Source of the DNA: Candidatus Wolfebacteria bacterium
Lineage (GTDB): Bacteria > Patescibacteriota > Minisyncoccia > UBA6257 > JAGOQP01
DNA: 42,496 nt
Direction: 5' to 3'
NCBI GenBank assembly: GCA_027350645.1
Contig: DAIEKJ010000001.1
Span: forward strand, 1-42,496
Position numbers and translations under genes: made by a program. Shown here one piece after another: positions 32,202-42,194 of this stretch (position 1 is the first letter of the stretch; each line of letters begins with the position of its first letter). The notes under the pieces are model-generated. The model did no database searches. It saw nothing but the letters and a program-made list of their open reading frames with translations, and was not told the DNA's origin.

Positions 32202-35200
32202 TCAAGAGGCCGCTTCGTCTTCATTGGCATCCGGCGTGCCGGCAACCTTTGATTCGTCCAATTCATCAGCATCAGCGTCCGGATGCGAGTGCGCGTAACC
32301 GGTACCGGCAGGGATCAGACGCCCGATAATGACGTTCTCTTTCAAACCGCGAAGCTTGTCAACTTTCCCATCGGTGGCGGCATTGACCAACACGCGAGCC
32401 GTTTCTTGGAATGAGGCGGCTGACAAAAAGCTTTCGGTTGAGAGCGCCGCGCGGGTGATACCCAGCAAAAGCTGTTTTGCCTTTGCTAACGTCGCCCCCT
32501 GTTGGCGCAGACGGCGGTTCACCTCAAGAAAATGAGAGCGATCGACGACTTGTCCGGAGATGAACGTGCTGTCACCCGGATCCTTCACGCTGACCCGCGA
32601 GAACATCCGGCTGGCGATCACTTCAATGTGTTTATCGTTGATAACGTTTCCGTTGGAAACATAAATTTTCTGTATCTCGTTGATAATGTACTGCTCGGCA
32701 GCTTCGCGGCCGCGGAGCTGGAACATTTCGCGCAAATCAACGCTCCCCTCAAACAACTGCTGACCCTTGACCACCTTGTCTCCGATGGAAACAAACATTG
32801 TGACGGTGCGCGGCGCCGAGTATTCGATAATCTTTTTGGCGCGCTTCCCCTTCACCCGCTTAGTGATGCTCACCTTAACGATGCGCAGCGATCCGCGGTC
32901 TTCGATGTCTTCAACCGTCCCGTCATCTTCGGCCAACGCCGCTTTTCCTTTCGGGGGACGGACTTCAAGAATTTCTTCGACGCGAGGAAGTCCGGAAGTA
33001 ATATCTTTTTCGGCAACGCCACCGCTATGAAACGTACGCAGCGTCAACTGAGTTCCCGGCTCCCCGATGGACTGGGCCGCGATAATACCAACCGCCTCAC
33101 CCCGCTTTACCTCACTCAAACGTCCCAGATCAAGCCCATAACACTTAGTACAAATGCCATACAGCGATTTGCAGCGCATTGGTGAACGAACAATCACCGA
33201 CGGAGCCGATGATTTTGCAATTGCATCGGCGCTCACCCGATCAATGATCGCACCGGCACGCGCGATGATTTTGTTACCCTCCTTAACATCCTTGGCGAGC
33301 GTGCGGCCAAACAGCCGCGTTCCGAAAGAAAATCCATACTTATCGCCAACCGCTCGCTCAACGGCGACGCCCTCGGTCGTCTTGCAGTCGTGCCGATTCA
33401 CGATAACATCCTGGCAGACATCAACCATGCGCCGCGTCAGATAACCGGCAGACGCGGTTTTGAGCGCCGTATCAGTCAACCCTTTGCGCGCGCCGTGCGT
33501 GTTGATGAAAAATTCCAGAACGGAAAGTCCCTCTTTGTATGACGAGATAACCGGCAGTTCAATGGTTTCTCCCTGAGGATTATTCACCAGTCCCTTCATG
33601 CCGCTCACCTGCGCGGCCTGAGCCCACGTTCCGCGCGCGCCCGAGTCGATCATATCAAACAAAGAATTGTTTTCCGTCAACGCGCCGGGAACCAGGTCGG
33701 CGATTTCTTTCTTGGTTTTTTCCCAAATCTGGATGGAGCGCGCTTTTTTCTCTTCGTCGTCGAAAAATCCGTTTTCGTACTGTTCGATGATTTTTTCTAT
33801 TTCAGCCTCGGCTTTTTTAACGAGCCCCTCCTTGGCCTCAGGAACGCGCAAATCAAACGCGCTCAACGTAATGCCCGAAAGCGCGGCATTTTCAAATCCC
33901 ATGCGCTTGATGGCATCCAAAAACTGCCAGGCATCTTCAACGCCGAACTGTTCGATGTACCGCGCAATCAGCTTCTGCAAGGTCTTTTTATTCATCACCT
34001 CGTTCACAAAGCCAAATTCGGGAGGAATGATGCGGTTGAAGATGATCCGCCCCGCGCTGGTCGAATCGGCATAAACCGACGACACGCGAATCGGCTGATT
34101 GATTTTTATCAACCCAAACTCCAACGCCAGAAGCGCTTCTTTGGCGTCTGAAAACGCGCGGATATTTTTTTCGTCAAAATCTTTCGGCTGGACCAACTTG
34201 GTCAAGTAGTAACACCCGAGAATAATATCCTGTGACGGGATGGCGATCGGATCGCCGTTGGACGGCTTGATGATGTTGTGAGAAGAAAGCATGCGCTCCC
34301 ACGCCTCTTTCTGCGCCTCATCGGAAAGCGGCAGATGGACGGCCATTTGGTCGCCGTCGAAGTCGGCGTTAAACGCTGAACAGACCATGGGCGGAATGCG
34401 AATGGCCAGATCTTCAATGAGAACCGGCTTGAAGGCTTGGATGCCCAAACGATGCAGCGTCGGCGCGCGGTTTAAGAGCACTGCCTTACCTTTGATAACC
34501 TCTTCTAAAATTTCCCAGACTTCCGGAATACCCTGCTCGATGAGGCGATTGGCATTTTTGATATTATGCGCCATACCGCGCTCTAAAATGTCGCGAATAA
34601 CAAACGGCTTAAAAAGTTCCAGCGCCATTTTTTTAGGAAGACCGCATTCGTTTAAGCGCAAGTCCGGACCCACCACAATAACCGAGCGACCAGAATAGTC
34701 AACGCGCTTCCCCAACAAGTTTTGACGGAAACGCCCCTGCTTGCCCTTGAGAATATCGGCAAGCGATTTGAGCGGGCGGTTCTGCGCCGACATCTGCTGG
34801 CGGCCCATGCGCGTCGCGTTGTCAATCAGCGCATCGACAGCTTCTTGCAACATGCGCTTTTCGTTGGTGATGATGATTTCCGGAGCTCGCAATTCCATCA
34901 GTTTCTGCAGACGGTTATTGCGATTGATGACGCGACGATAGAGATCGTTCAAATCGGAGCTGGCATACCGGCCGCCGTCTAAGGGCACCATCGGGCGCAA
35001 ATCCGGAGGAATCACCGGCAACACGGTCATAATCATCCACTCAGGGCGCATGCCGTTTTCAATAAACGAGTGCAAAAGCCGGAGTTTATTCGTGATCTTG
35101 CGCTGGAATGCGGTATCCTTGCGTTTAATATTTGAGGCAAAAAGTTTTTCGGTATCGCTCAACTCCTTTTTTAAATTGACTTTTTCCAAAATTTTCCGCA

Positions 35201-35846
35201 ACGCGCCCGCGCCAGTCCCCGCTTCGAACACATCCCCGAATCGCAACGCAAAATCGAAGTATTCCGCCTCATTAATAACCGTGCCAACGGACACGCCGGA
35301 CAAAAATTCTTTCGAGCGCGCGAAAGACGTTTCGAGCGCTTTTTTTTCTTCTTCGGTTTTTGCCGCCGCTTTGCGGGTCTTCATTTCGTTTGCCAGATTC
35401 TCCAGCGTCTGCGCGCGATTGCGTTCGTTGACCGCAATCACAATATACGCCGCATAATACACAACCCGCTCAAGCTTGTTGGCAGGGGCATCGAAAAACA
35501 AACCGATTTTTGAATTACCGGTTTTGAGAAACCATACATGCGCAACCGGAGCGGCCAATTTAATGTGCCCCATGCGCTCGCGGCGCACGATGGAACGCGT
35601 CACTTCCACGCCGCATTTGTCGCAGATAGTCCCCTTATAGCGGATGCCTTTGAACTTGCCACAGTAACAGCGATAATCTTTGGTCGGGCCGAAAATCCGC
35701 TCGGAAAAAAGACCGTCTTTCTCGGGACGCTGCGTGCGATAGTTAATGGTCTCTGGTTTGGTAACCTCTCCGTACGAACTGGAAACAACTTCTTCGGGAG
35801 AAGGAACCTTGAGCCGCAGGAAGTCAAAATCGTTGGTCATTGACAT
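32202..35846 (-). CDS. rpoC: DNA-directed RNA polymerase subunit beta'
   Basis: Zn-finger CYCGKFKGIRYKGTICDKCGVEV, catalytic NADFDGDQMAVH, bridge helix and trigger-loop regions. 1214 aa. Confidence 0.95.
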   Translation of the reverse strand: MSMTNDFDFLRLKVPSPEEVVSSSYGEVTKPETINYRTQRPEKDGLFSERIFGPTKDYRCYCGKFKGIRYKGTICDKCGVEVTRSIVRRERMGHIKLAAPVAHVWFLKTGNSKIGLFFDAPANKLERVVYYAAYIVIAVNERNRAQTLENLANEMKTRKAAAKTEEEKKALETSFARSKEFLSGVSVGTVINEAEYFDFALRFGDVFEAGTGAGALRKILEKVNLKKELSDTEKLFASNIKRKDTAFQRKITNKLRLLHSFIENGMRPEWMIMTVLPVIPPDLRPMVPLDGGRYASSDLNDLYRRVINRNNRLQKLMELRAPEIIITNEKRMLQEAVDALIDNATRMGRQQMSAQNRPLKSLADILKGKQGRFRQNLLGKRVDYSGRSVIVVGPDLRLNECGLPKKMALELFKPFVIRDILERGMAHNIKNANRLIEQGIPEVWEILEEVIKGKAVLLNRAPTLHRLGIQAFKPVLIEDLAIRIPPMVCSAFNADFDGDQMAVHLPLSDEAQKEAWERMLSSHNIIKPSNGDPIAIPSQDIILGCYYLTKLVQPKDFDEKNIRAFSDAKEALLALEFGLIKINQPIRVSSVYADSTSAGRIIFNRIIPPEFGFVNEVMNKKTLQKLIARYIEQFGVEDAWQFLDAIKRMGFENAALSGITLSAFDLRVPEAKEGLVKKAEAEIEKIIEQYENGFFDDEEKKARSIQIWEKTKKEIADLVPGALTENNSLFDMIDSGARGTWAQAAQVSGMKGLVNNPQGETIELPVISSYKEGLSVLEFFINTHGARKGLTDTALKTASAGYLTRRMVDVCQDVIVNRHDCKTTEGVAVERAVGDKYGFSFGTRLFGRTLAKDVKEGNKIIARAGAIIDRVSADAIAKSSAPSVIVRSPMRCKSLYGICTKCYGLDLGRLSEVKRGEAVGIIAAQSIGEPGTQLTLRTFHSGGVAEKDITSGLPRVEEILEVRPPKGKAALAEDDGTVEDIEDRGSLRIVKVSITKRVKGKRAKKIIEYSAPRTVTMFVSIGDKVVKGQQLFEGSVDLREMFQLRGREAAEQYIINEIQKIYVSNGNVINDKHIEVIASRMFSRVSVKDPGDSTFISGQVVDRSHFLEVNRRLRQQGATLAKAKQLLLGITRAALSTESFLSAASFQETARVLVNAATDGKVDKLRGLKENVIIGRLIPAGTGYAHSHPDADADELDESKVAGTPDANEDEAAS

Positions 35847-35870
35847 AAGATGGTGTTGACGTTAAAAATC

Positions 35871-38800
35871 CTATTCACTTTGCACATCCTCTTTTTTAAC
35901 CGGTTCGACCTTCAACCCGAGCGCATTGATTTCATTAACCAGCACGTTAAACGCCGCTGGAGAATTCGAGGGACGGATTTTTTCTCCTTTCACAATGGCT
36001 TCAAACGCGGCTGCGCGGCCCAACACATCGTCCGATTTGATGGTGAGCATTTCCTGCAAAGTGTAGGCCGATCCATATCCTTCCAGCGCCCATACTTCCA
36101 TTTCTCCAAACCGCTGTCCGCCGAATTGCGCCTTGCCGCCCAGCGGCTGCTGGGTAACCAGCGAGTACGGACCGATGGACCGCATGTGGATCTTATCCTC
36201 AACCAAGTGGTTCAGTTTAATCATGTACATATACCCGACCGTCGCGCGGTGATCAAACCGCTTTCCGGTGCGTCCATCGTAGAGCACCGCCTTGCCATCG
36301 TCGGGAAATCCTGCTCGCGCCAGTTCACCGCGAATATCGGCTTCCGTAGCTCCGGCAAACACCGGCGTTACCGCCCGATACCCCAACGCGTGAGCCGCTA
36401 GTCCCAAGTGTGTTTCCAAAAGCTGTCCTAAGTTCATACGCGACGTTACGCCCAACGGATTGAGCACGATATCAACGGAACGTCCATCGGCAAGGTACGG
36501 CATATCTTCAACCGGACGGATTTGGGAAATGACTCCCTTGTTTCCGTGGCGGCCGGCGAGCTTGTCGCCCGCGCGCACATGGCGCAGCTGTGCGACTTCA
36601 ACTTGGATCCGCTTAATAATCCCCGGCTCCAGTTTATCGCCCCGTTCGCGTGAAAAAACTTTAATGCCGATAACGCGTCCCGATTTTCCGTGCGACACAT
36701 ACAGAGAGGTGTCTTTCACGTCACGCGCCTTTTCTCCGAAGATAGACCGCAGTAATTTTTCTTCCGCAGTCAATTCAGTTTCCCCTTTGGGTGAAATTTT
36801 TCCGACGAGAATATCTCCCGACCGCACTTCTGCGCCAATCCGGATAACTCCTTCTTCGTCAAGATTGCGGAGCTTTTCTTCCGATACGTTAGGAATGTCG
36901 GATGTGGTCACTTCCGGGCCCAGCTTCGTATCACGAACATCGCAATAAAAATCTTCAATATAAATAGATGTCAGGCGGTCTTCCTGAGCGACCCGCTCCG
37001 AGAGCACGATGGCATCTTCAAAGTTGCCTCCGAAAAACGGAATGAACGCCACCAGCAAGTTTTGCCCCAAGGCCAGCACGCCGTGATCCGTCGCCGGACC
37101 ATCGGCAAGCACGTCCCCTTTCTTTACCCGCTGACCGACCGTCACCGCCGGTTTCTGGTTAATGGTCGTATACTGGTTTGAACGGCGGAACTTCTTGAGC
37201 TCGTGCGTTTCAATTCCCTGCTTGGTTTTAACGGCAATGACCGCCGCATCGGCCTGGATAACGTCTCCATCATCGCTGGCCAAAATCAATCGTCCCGAAT
37301 CTCGAGCGATTTTTTCTTCGGCTCCCGTACCCACGAGAGGCATTTGCGGACGCACCGGCGGGACGCCCTGGCGCTGCATGTTTGATCCCATGAGCGCGCG
37401 ATTGGCGTCGTCGTGTTCCAAAAATGGAATGATGCTGGTTGCCGCGCTGATAACCTGCATAGGCGACACATCGATATAATCGACTTCGTCGGGATGACAC
37501 ATCCCCGGTTCCCCGTTGATGCGGGCGCGCACAATCTCGGAAACAATCGCATGGCGCGCGTCAAGCTCCGTGCTTCCAGCGGCTATTTTGTATTTTTTCT
37601 CTTCGTTGGCATCCATCCACACGATCTCGCCGATCACCTTGCCATTCTTCACGCGCGCATAGGGCGTCTCCAAAAATCCAAGGCGGTTGACGCGGGCAAA
37701 ATTTGCCAAGTGGCTGATCAATCCGATGTTCTGCCCTTCCGGCGTTTCAATCGGACAGACGCGCCCATAGTGAGACACGTGCACATCGCGAACTTCAAAT
37801 CCGGCGCGTTCCCGCGTGAGCCCTCCTGGACCAAGCGCCGACAGCCGCCGCTTGTGCTCCAATTCGGCCAGCGGATTCTGCTGATCCATAAACTGCGACA
37901 ACTGGGATGAAATAAGAAATTCCCGCACAACCGCCGAGAGCGGCTTCTGGTTAACCAGCTGCATCGGCGTCATTGTCAGCGAATCGGATGTGGACATGCG
38001 ATCTTGCACGATTCTGCGCAGACGGGCAAAGCCGACCCGCATTCTCCCCTGCAAAAGCTCCCCCACCGAGCGGATGCGGCGGTTTGACAAGCTGTCGATG
38101 TCGTCCGGCTGAGCATTATCGTCGTTATTGAGCCGGATAATCTCTTTAATAATGAGCACTAAATCCTCCAGGCGAATCAGCTGGGTGTCGACTTTTTTAT
38201 CCTCGATCCCCAGACGCTGGTTGAACTTGAAGCGTCCCACCTCCGAAAGACTGAAGCGATCCAGACGCTTAAACATGCCGTCAATGAGCGACTTTGCGTT
38301 TTCCGCCGTCGCCAAATCTCCCGGCCGCAGCCGTTTATAAATTTCCACATAAGACGCCATCGGATCGGATGCGGCATCTTTTTTCAAAGACGCGCGGATA
38401 TATTGCGTCACCCCCGTATCAACATCGGCAAACGCCTTAATGATGTCGTCGTTGGTTTCCAATCCAAAAATACGCAACAGCGCCGTCGCCGGCACTTTGC
38501 GATGCTTGTCGATCTTAACGCCGATAGTTCCGTCGGTTTCGGTCTCGAACTCCATCCAGCTCCCCCGATCGGGGATGATCTTGGCGCCAAAATATTTCTT
38601 ACCCTTCACGCGCTGTCCGGTAAAGTAAACGCCGGCCGAACGGATGAACTGTGAGACCACCACCCGCTCCACGCCGTTGAGAATAAACGTCCCCCGATCG
38701 GTCATCATCGGATAGTCGCCCAGATACACCTCCTGCTCTATTTCCTTTTTCGTCTTGCTGTGAACCAGGCGAATGCGGGCGCGCAGCGCGGCCTCGTACG

Positions 38801-39044
38801 TCGATCCTTTTTGCCATGACTCTTCCTCCGAAAACTTCGGTTCGTCAAACGTGTAATCAAGAAAATAAAGCTCAAACTCCTTCCCGGTATAATCTCTGAT
38901 TGGAGATATCTCTTTAAAAAGTTCCTTGATGCCTTCCGCCAGGAACCACCGCCATGAGTTGATTTGTATGTCGCCGAAATAAGGTTTTTCGACGAAATCG
39001 CCCGGATGTCGTGAGAACGACTTGACCGTAAGTTTGTGCATCAT
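35871..39044 (-). CDS. rpoB: DNA-directed RNA polymerase subunit beta
   Basis: Rif-region LSQFMDQQNPLAELEHKRRLSALGPGGL, GRHGNKGVIS, and a C-terminal LEGYGSAYTLQEMLTIKSDD. 1057 aa. Directly upstream of rpoC. Confidence 0.95.
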   Translation of the reverse strand: MMHKLTVKSFSRHPGDFVEKPYFGDIQINSWRWFLAEGIKELFKEISPIRDYTGKEFELYFLDYTFDEPKFSEEESWQKGSTYEAALRARIRLVHSKTKKEIEQEVYLGDYPMMTDRGTFILNGVERVVVSQFIRSAGVYFTGQRVKGKKYFGAKIIPDRGSWMEFETETDGTIGVKIDKHRKVPATALLRIFGLETNDDIIKAFADVDTGVTQYIRASLKKDAASDPMASYVEIYKRLRPGDLATAENAKSLIDGMFKRLDRFSLSEVGRFKFNQRLGIEDKKVDTQLIRLEDLVLIIKEIIRLNNDDNAQPDDIDSLSNRRIRSVGELLQGRMRVGFARLRRIVQDRMSTSDSLTMTPMQLVNQKPLSAVVREFLISSQLSQFMDQQNPLAELEHKRRLSALGPGGLTRERAGFEVRDVHVSHYGRVCPIETPEGQNIGLISHLANFARVNRLGFLETPYARVKNGKVIGEIVWMDANEEKKYKIAAGSTELDARHAIVSEIVRARINGEPGMCHPDEVDYIDVSPMQVISAATSIIPFLEHDDANRALMGSNMQRQGVPPVRPQMPLVGTGAEEKIARDSGRLILASDDGDVIQADAAVIAVKTKQGIETHELKKFRRSNQYTTINQKPAVTVGQRVKKGDVLADGPATDHGVLALGQNLLVAFIPFFGGNFEDAIVLSERVAQEDRLTSIYIEDFYCDVRDTKLGPEVTTSDIPNVSEEKLRNLDEEGVIRIGAEVRSGDILVGKISPKGETELTAEEKLLRSIFGEKARDVKDTSLYVSHGKSGRVIGIKVFSRERGDKLEPGIIKRIQVEVAQLRHVRAGDKLAGRHGNKGVISQIRPVEDMPYLADGRSVDIVLNPLGVTSRMNLGQLLETHLGLAAHALGYRAVTPVFAGATEADIRGELARAGFPDDGKAVLYDGRTGKRFDHRATVGYMYMIKLNHLVEDKIHMRSIGPYSLVTQQPLGGKAQFGGQRFGEMEVWALEGYGSAYTLQEMLTIKSDDVLGRAAAFEAIVKGEKIRPSNSPAAFNVLVNEINALGLKVEPVKKEDVQSE

Positions 39045-39156
39045 AACACAAAAAGTGGGGTAGGGTTATTTTTTATGAAACGCTGCAAAAAAAGACACAC
39101 CCCCTCGTGTGCGCTCGCGGAGGATGTTGGCGTCTTTTATGTGTTGTCTAAGTTGT

Positions 39157-39186
39157 ATTAAACACTATTTCAATCCCCCTTGTCAA
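39157..39186 (-). promoter_or_regulatory. Putative rpoB promoter
   Basis: Minus strand: TTGACA (39186-39181), 18-19 nt, TTTAAT/TTAATA (about 39162-39156). It lies about 110 nt upstream of the rpoB ATG. The leader contains a short hairpin plus T7 (about 39090-39115). Confidence 0.35.
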
Positions 39187-39246
39187 GCAATAACCCGTCC
39201 CCGATCGTCTCTTGGGCCCATTCTCCAAAAAACCGCACCAAAAGCC

Positions 39247-39951
39247 TCACCGCGCCTCCGTTGCGGACCGGCGCAATCTCCTGTAAAGAACCGCGCGATT
39301 CAAGTACAAAAACGGAACATCAATAACCCCAACAAACCATTTGGCGATAATCTGGCCGACAATCAGCGGCGCGATCGGCACGATGCCCCCAAAAGCAAGG
39401 ACGACAAAAATCAGCGAATCAACCACCATCGCCGGCAAAGAGCTTAACGCGCTGCGCATCCACACATGACGCCCGCCAGTCAAACGTTTAAACCATGCGA
39501 AAAGATATGCATCGATCGTCTCACTGAAAAAAAATGCCACCCACCCGGCAATGGCAACCCGCAGTGACAAGCCCACCACCGACGCGAATGCCTCCTGGCC
39601 GCCCCACCACGATGGCGACGGCATCAAAAGCGCAAAAAGAAAAATAAGAAACGCCACCCCTTGGGTACAGAGCGAAATAAAAATCATGCGCACGGCCTCG
39701 CCTCTGCCAAAACGTTCATTGACGATATCAGACACCAAGTACGTAACAGAAAAGGCGATGATTCCCGCCGGCACCGTAAGCGTCATTCCCCATGCGGTCA
39801 ACGCCATGATTTTTGTCGCCGCTATCTGCGCCGTTAAAGACAGGACCACGTACAACCCCACCAGCGCATCAACCCGCTCAAACCGCCGCGCATACCAGCT
39901 GGCGCCCAAAGAAACCGCCGACACGACACCAACCCACCAGAAAAAAATCAT
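39247..39951 (-). CDS. yhhQ: YhhQ/DUF165 (VUT) family queuosine-precursor transporter
   Basis: Six-TM protein. The TYLVSDIVNERFG ... AFFFSETIDAYLFAWFKR ... SLPAMVVDSLIF pattern is typical of the DUF165 family. Confidence 0.7.
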   Translation of the reverse strand: MIFFWWVGVVSAVSLGASWYARRFERVDALVGLYVVLSLTAQIAATKIMALTAWGMTLTVPAGIIAFSVTYLVSDIVNERFGRGEAVRMIFISLCTQGVAFLIFLFALLMPSPSWWGGQEAFASVVGLSLRVAIAGWVAFFFSETIDAYLFAWFKRLTGGRHVWMRSALSSLPAMVVDSLIFVVLAFGGIVPIAPLIVGQIIAKWFVGVIDVPFLYLNRAVLYRRLRRSATEAR

Positions 39952-39963
39952 ATGTGAAAAATG

Positions 39964-41022
39964 CTAATGGACACCTAAGTAGGTCTGCCGATTGCGCGCA
40001 TGTTGCGCCAACGTCACGCTAAAAACAGTCGCCCCTGTTTTTGGATCGGAGAGATAATACAGATACTGATTGGCAATGGGATGCACCGCCGCGCGCAACG
40101 ACGAAAGCGACGGATTGCTAATGGGAGTGGGCGGCAAACCGCGCAAGCGATACGTGTTGTATGGCGTGTCTTGGGCAATGTCGGCGGCCGAAATAGCCGG
40201 ACAACCGACAAACACCCCCTGACACGCGCCGTAGAGCACGGAGGCGTCGATCTGCAGTGGCATCCCGTCAGCCAGACGATTGGCGATAACGCCGGCCACC
40301 AGCGCCTTATCGCGATCGGTAATAACCTCTTTTTCAAGAAGCGACGCAATCGTCACCCACCGCGCAATGGCCTGGCTTGACGCCGAACCGAAAAGACCCC
40401 CCGTCTGATCGGCAAAATTTTTAACCATCGTTTGCGCCACCAGCCGCGGATCTTCATTGAGATAAAACGCGTACGTGTCGGGCATCAAAAATCCCTCAAG
40501 CGTTTTTGCTCCCGCCAAAAAAGGAAATTCGCCGACGAATGATCCAGGAGACAGCGCCACCAGCGCGCCGGCTGATATGATGCCGTCACGCGCCAGAAGC
40601 GCGTCAATTTCCCTTATGGTCGCGCCGGGAGGAACGAGTACTGAAATTTCCGGAGGGCCGTCGGCAAAAAGATGCGCCAATGCTCCCGTTGAAAGCGGCG
40701 CAGTGAGCCGATACGTTCCCGCCTGGAGATGATTAGCCAGTCCTTCCGCATACGCATAAGCGACAAAAAAAGCCGGCGAACTGATCACCCCGCGCGCGTA
40801 CAGCGCACCGGCGACTGAAAAAACATTTTCTCCCGGCGCGATGGAAAACACCACGGGTGCCACACTGCCATCAACTGTCTGCGTTTGAGCCCGCGCCAAA
40901 AAAAACACCCATCCCCCGATGCCGGCGGCAATAACAATCGCCAGCACCGCCAGAACGGCACGATACCGCCGGACCTGCGCGCCGACGAACGCCAAAAAAA
41001 GATCTATTTTATTTTTTAGCAT
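39964..41022 (-). CDS. mltG: Endolytic murein transglycosylase MltG (YceG-like)
   Basis: N-terminal TM, then the YceG motifs ASLLEKE, PYNTYRLRGLPPTPISNPSLSSLRAAVHP and YLYYL. Confidence 0.85.
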   Translation of the reverse strand: MLKNKIDLFLAFVGAQVRRYRAVLAVLAIVIAAGIGGWVFFLARAQTQTVDGSVAPVVFSIAPGENVFSVAGALYARGVISSPAFFVAYAYAEGLANHLQAGTYRLTAPLSTGALAHLFADGPPEISVLVPPGATIREIDALLARDGIISAGALVALSPGSFVGEFPFLAGAKTLEGFLMPDTYAFYLNEDPRLVAQTMVKNFADQTGGLFGSASSQAIARWVTIASLLEKEVITDRDKALVAGVIANRLADGMPLQIDASVLYGACQGVFVGCPAISAADIAQDTPYNTYRLRGLPPTPISNPSLSSLRAAVHPIANQYLYYLSDPKTGATVFSVTLAQHARNRQTYLGVH

Positions 41023-42079
41023 ATAACGACTGAATGACGCCGATTAAAAGAAAGTCGGCCGTGATGCTTGACCCGCCATAACTGACAAACGGAAAGGTGA
41101 CGCCCACCACCGGAAAAAGTCCCAGCGCTGATCCGGCGTTAAAAACAAATTGCGCCGAAAACAGAATAACGGTCCCCAGGCAGAAAAATTTTCCCATGTT
41201 CCCCTCGATCCGCTCTCCGATAACCAAAATGCGCCACATCATCCACAAAAACGCCCCCAGCAACGCCAACGATCCAACCAGTCCGCCTTCTTCGGCGATA
41301 GCCGCAACAATAAAGTCATTCTGAGCTTCGGGCAAAAATCCCAACTGAACCTGCGTCCCCTGCCGGAAACCCTGTCCCCACACCCCTCCCGATCCGACGG
41401 CGATTTTTGACTGAATGACATTATAACTGGCCCCCAGCGGATCGCGGTTGGGATCAACAAGAGTGATAATGCGATCCTTTTGGTATGTTTTGAGTCCAAA
41501 TGTCCACATCCCCGTCCCAAGCGCCGCGGCAACGAGAAGAAAGATGATAAAGTGCCGCAGAGGAAGTCCGGAAAATACGATAAACCCAAACCACACCACC
41601 CCCAACAGCAGCGCCGATCCCATTTCCGGCTGTAACGCGATAATAAGAGCGGGAATTCCCGCATACACCAGCGAGGTAAACAGGGTCCGCCAGTGAGCAA
41701 TACCGATGTGCCGCTTGCTGAAAAAATACGACAGCATAGCGATGAGCGCTATTTTGGCAAACTCGGACGGCTGGAACTGGAACGGGCCGATAAAAATCCA
41801 CGCTCGGTTCCCTTTAATGACCGGCGCAAAAGCATAGGTCAGACCCAATAGAACAAGCGAGAAGAGATACACTCCCAGCACAAAACTCCGGCGCCCAAGG
41901 AATGAGCGTATATCAATCCACACAACCGACAACGCAATGCCGACCCCCAAAATAATCCACCCTAACTGGTGCCAAAAAAGCGCCGGCCTCGTACTCAGGA
42001 GGCTCGTCAAACCGATTCCCACCAACACAACAATGGCGGCGGCAAGCTGCCAATCGATTTTTTTGAATGACGATGGCAT
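41009..42079 (-). CDS. SEDS-family peptidoglycan polymerase (RodA/FtsW)
   Basis: Ten-TM protein with FQFQPSEFAKIALI, PEAQNDFIVAAIAEEGG and FVSYGGSS motifs. Its 3' end overlaps the mltG start by 14 nt. Confidence 0.85.
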   Translation of the reverse strand: MPSSFKKIDWQLAAAIVVLVGIGLTSLLSTRPALFWHQLGWIILGVGIALSVVWIDIRSFLGRRSFVLGVYLFSLVLLGLTYAFAPVIKGNRAWIFIGPFQFQPSEFAKIALIAMLSYFFSKRHIGIAHWRTLFTSLVYAGIPALIIALQPEMGSALLLGVVWFGFIVFSGLPLRHFIIFLLVAAALGTGMWTFGLKTYQKDRIITLVDPNRDPLGASYNVIQSKIAVGSGGVWGQGFRQGTQVQLGFLPEAQNDFIVAAIAEEGGLVGSLALLGAFLWMMWRILVIGERIEGNMGKFFCLGTVILFSAQFVFNAGSALGLFPVVGVTFPFVSYGGSSITADFLLIGVIQSLYAKK

Positions 42080-42130
42080 ACGATACAGTAGTTATACAGG
42101 AAAACGCCGGTTAAGAAAAGCAGAGACGTA

Positions 42131-42164
42131 AAACCCCCTCCGCCCGTACAGGCGGAGGGGGTTT
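42131..42164 (-). terminator. Strong intrinsic terminator after rpsJ
   Basis: 11-bp GC stem ccccctccgcc / ggcggaggggg (42134-42161) with a 6-nt loop, flanked by AAA/TTT. It lies 31 nt after the rpsJ stop. Confidence 0.7.
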
Positions 42165-42194
42165 ATGGCAGAGAAACTTCTTTTCGAGAACCAA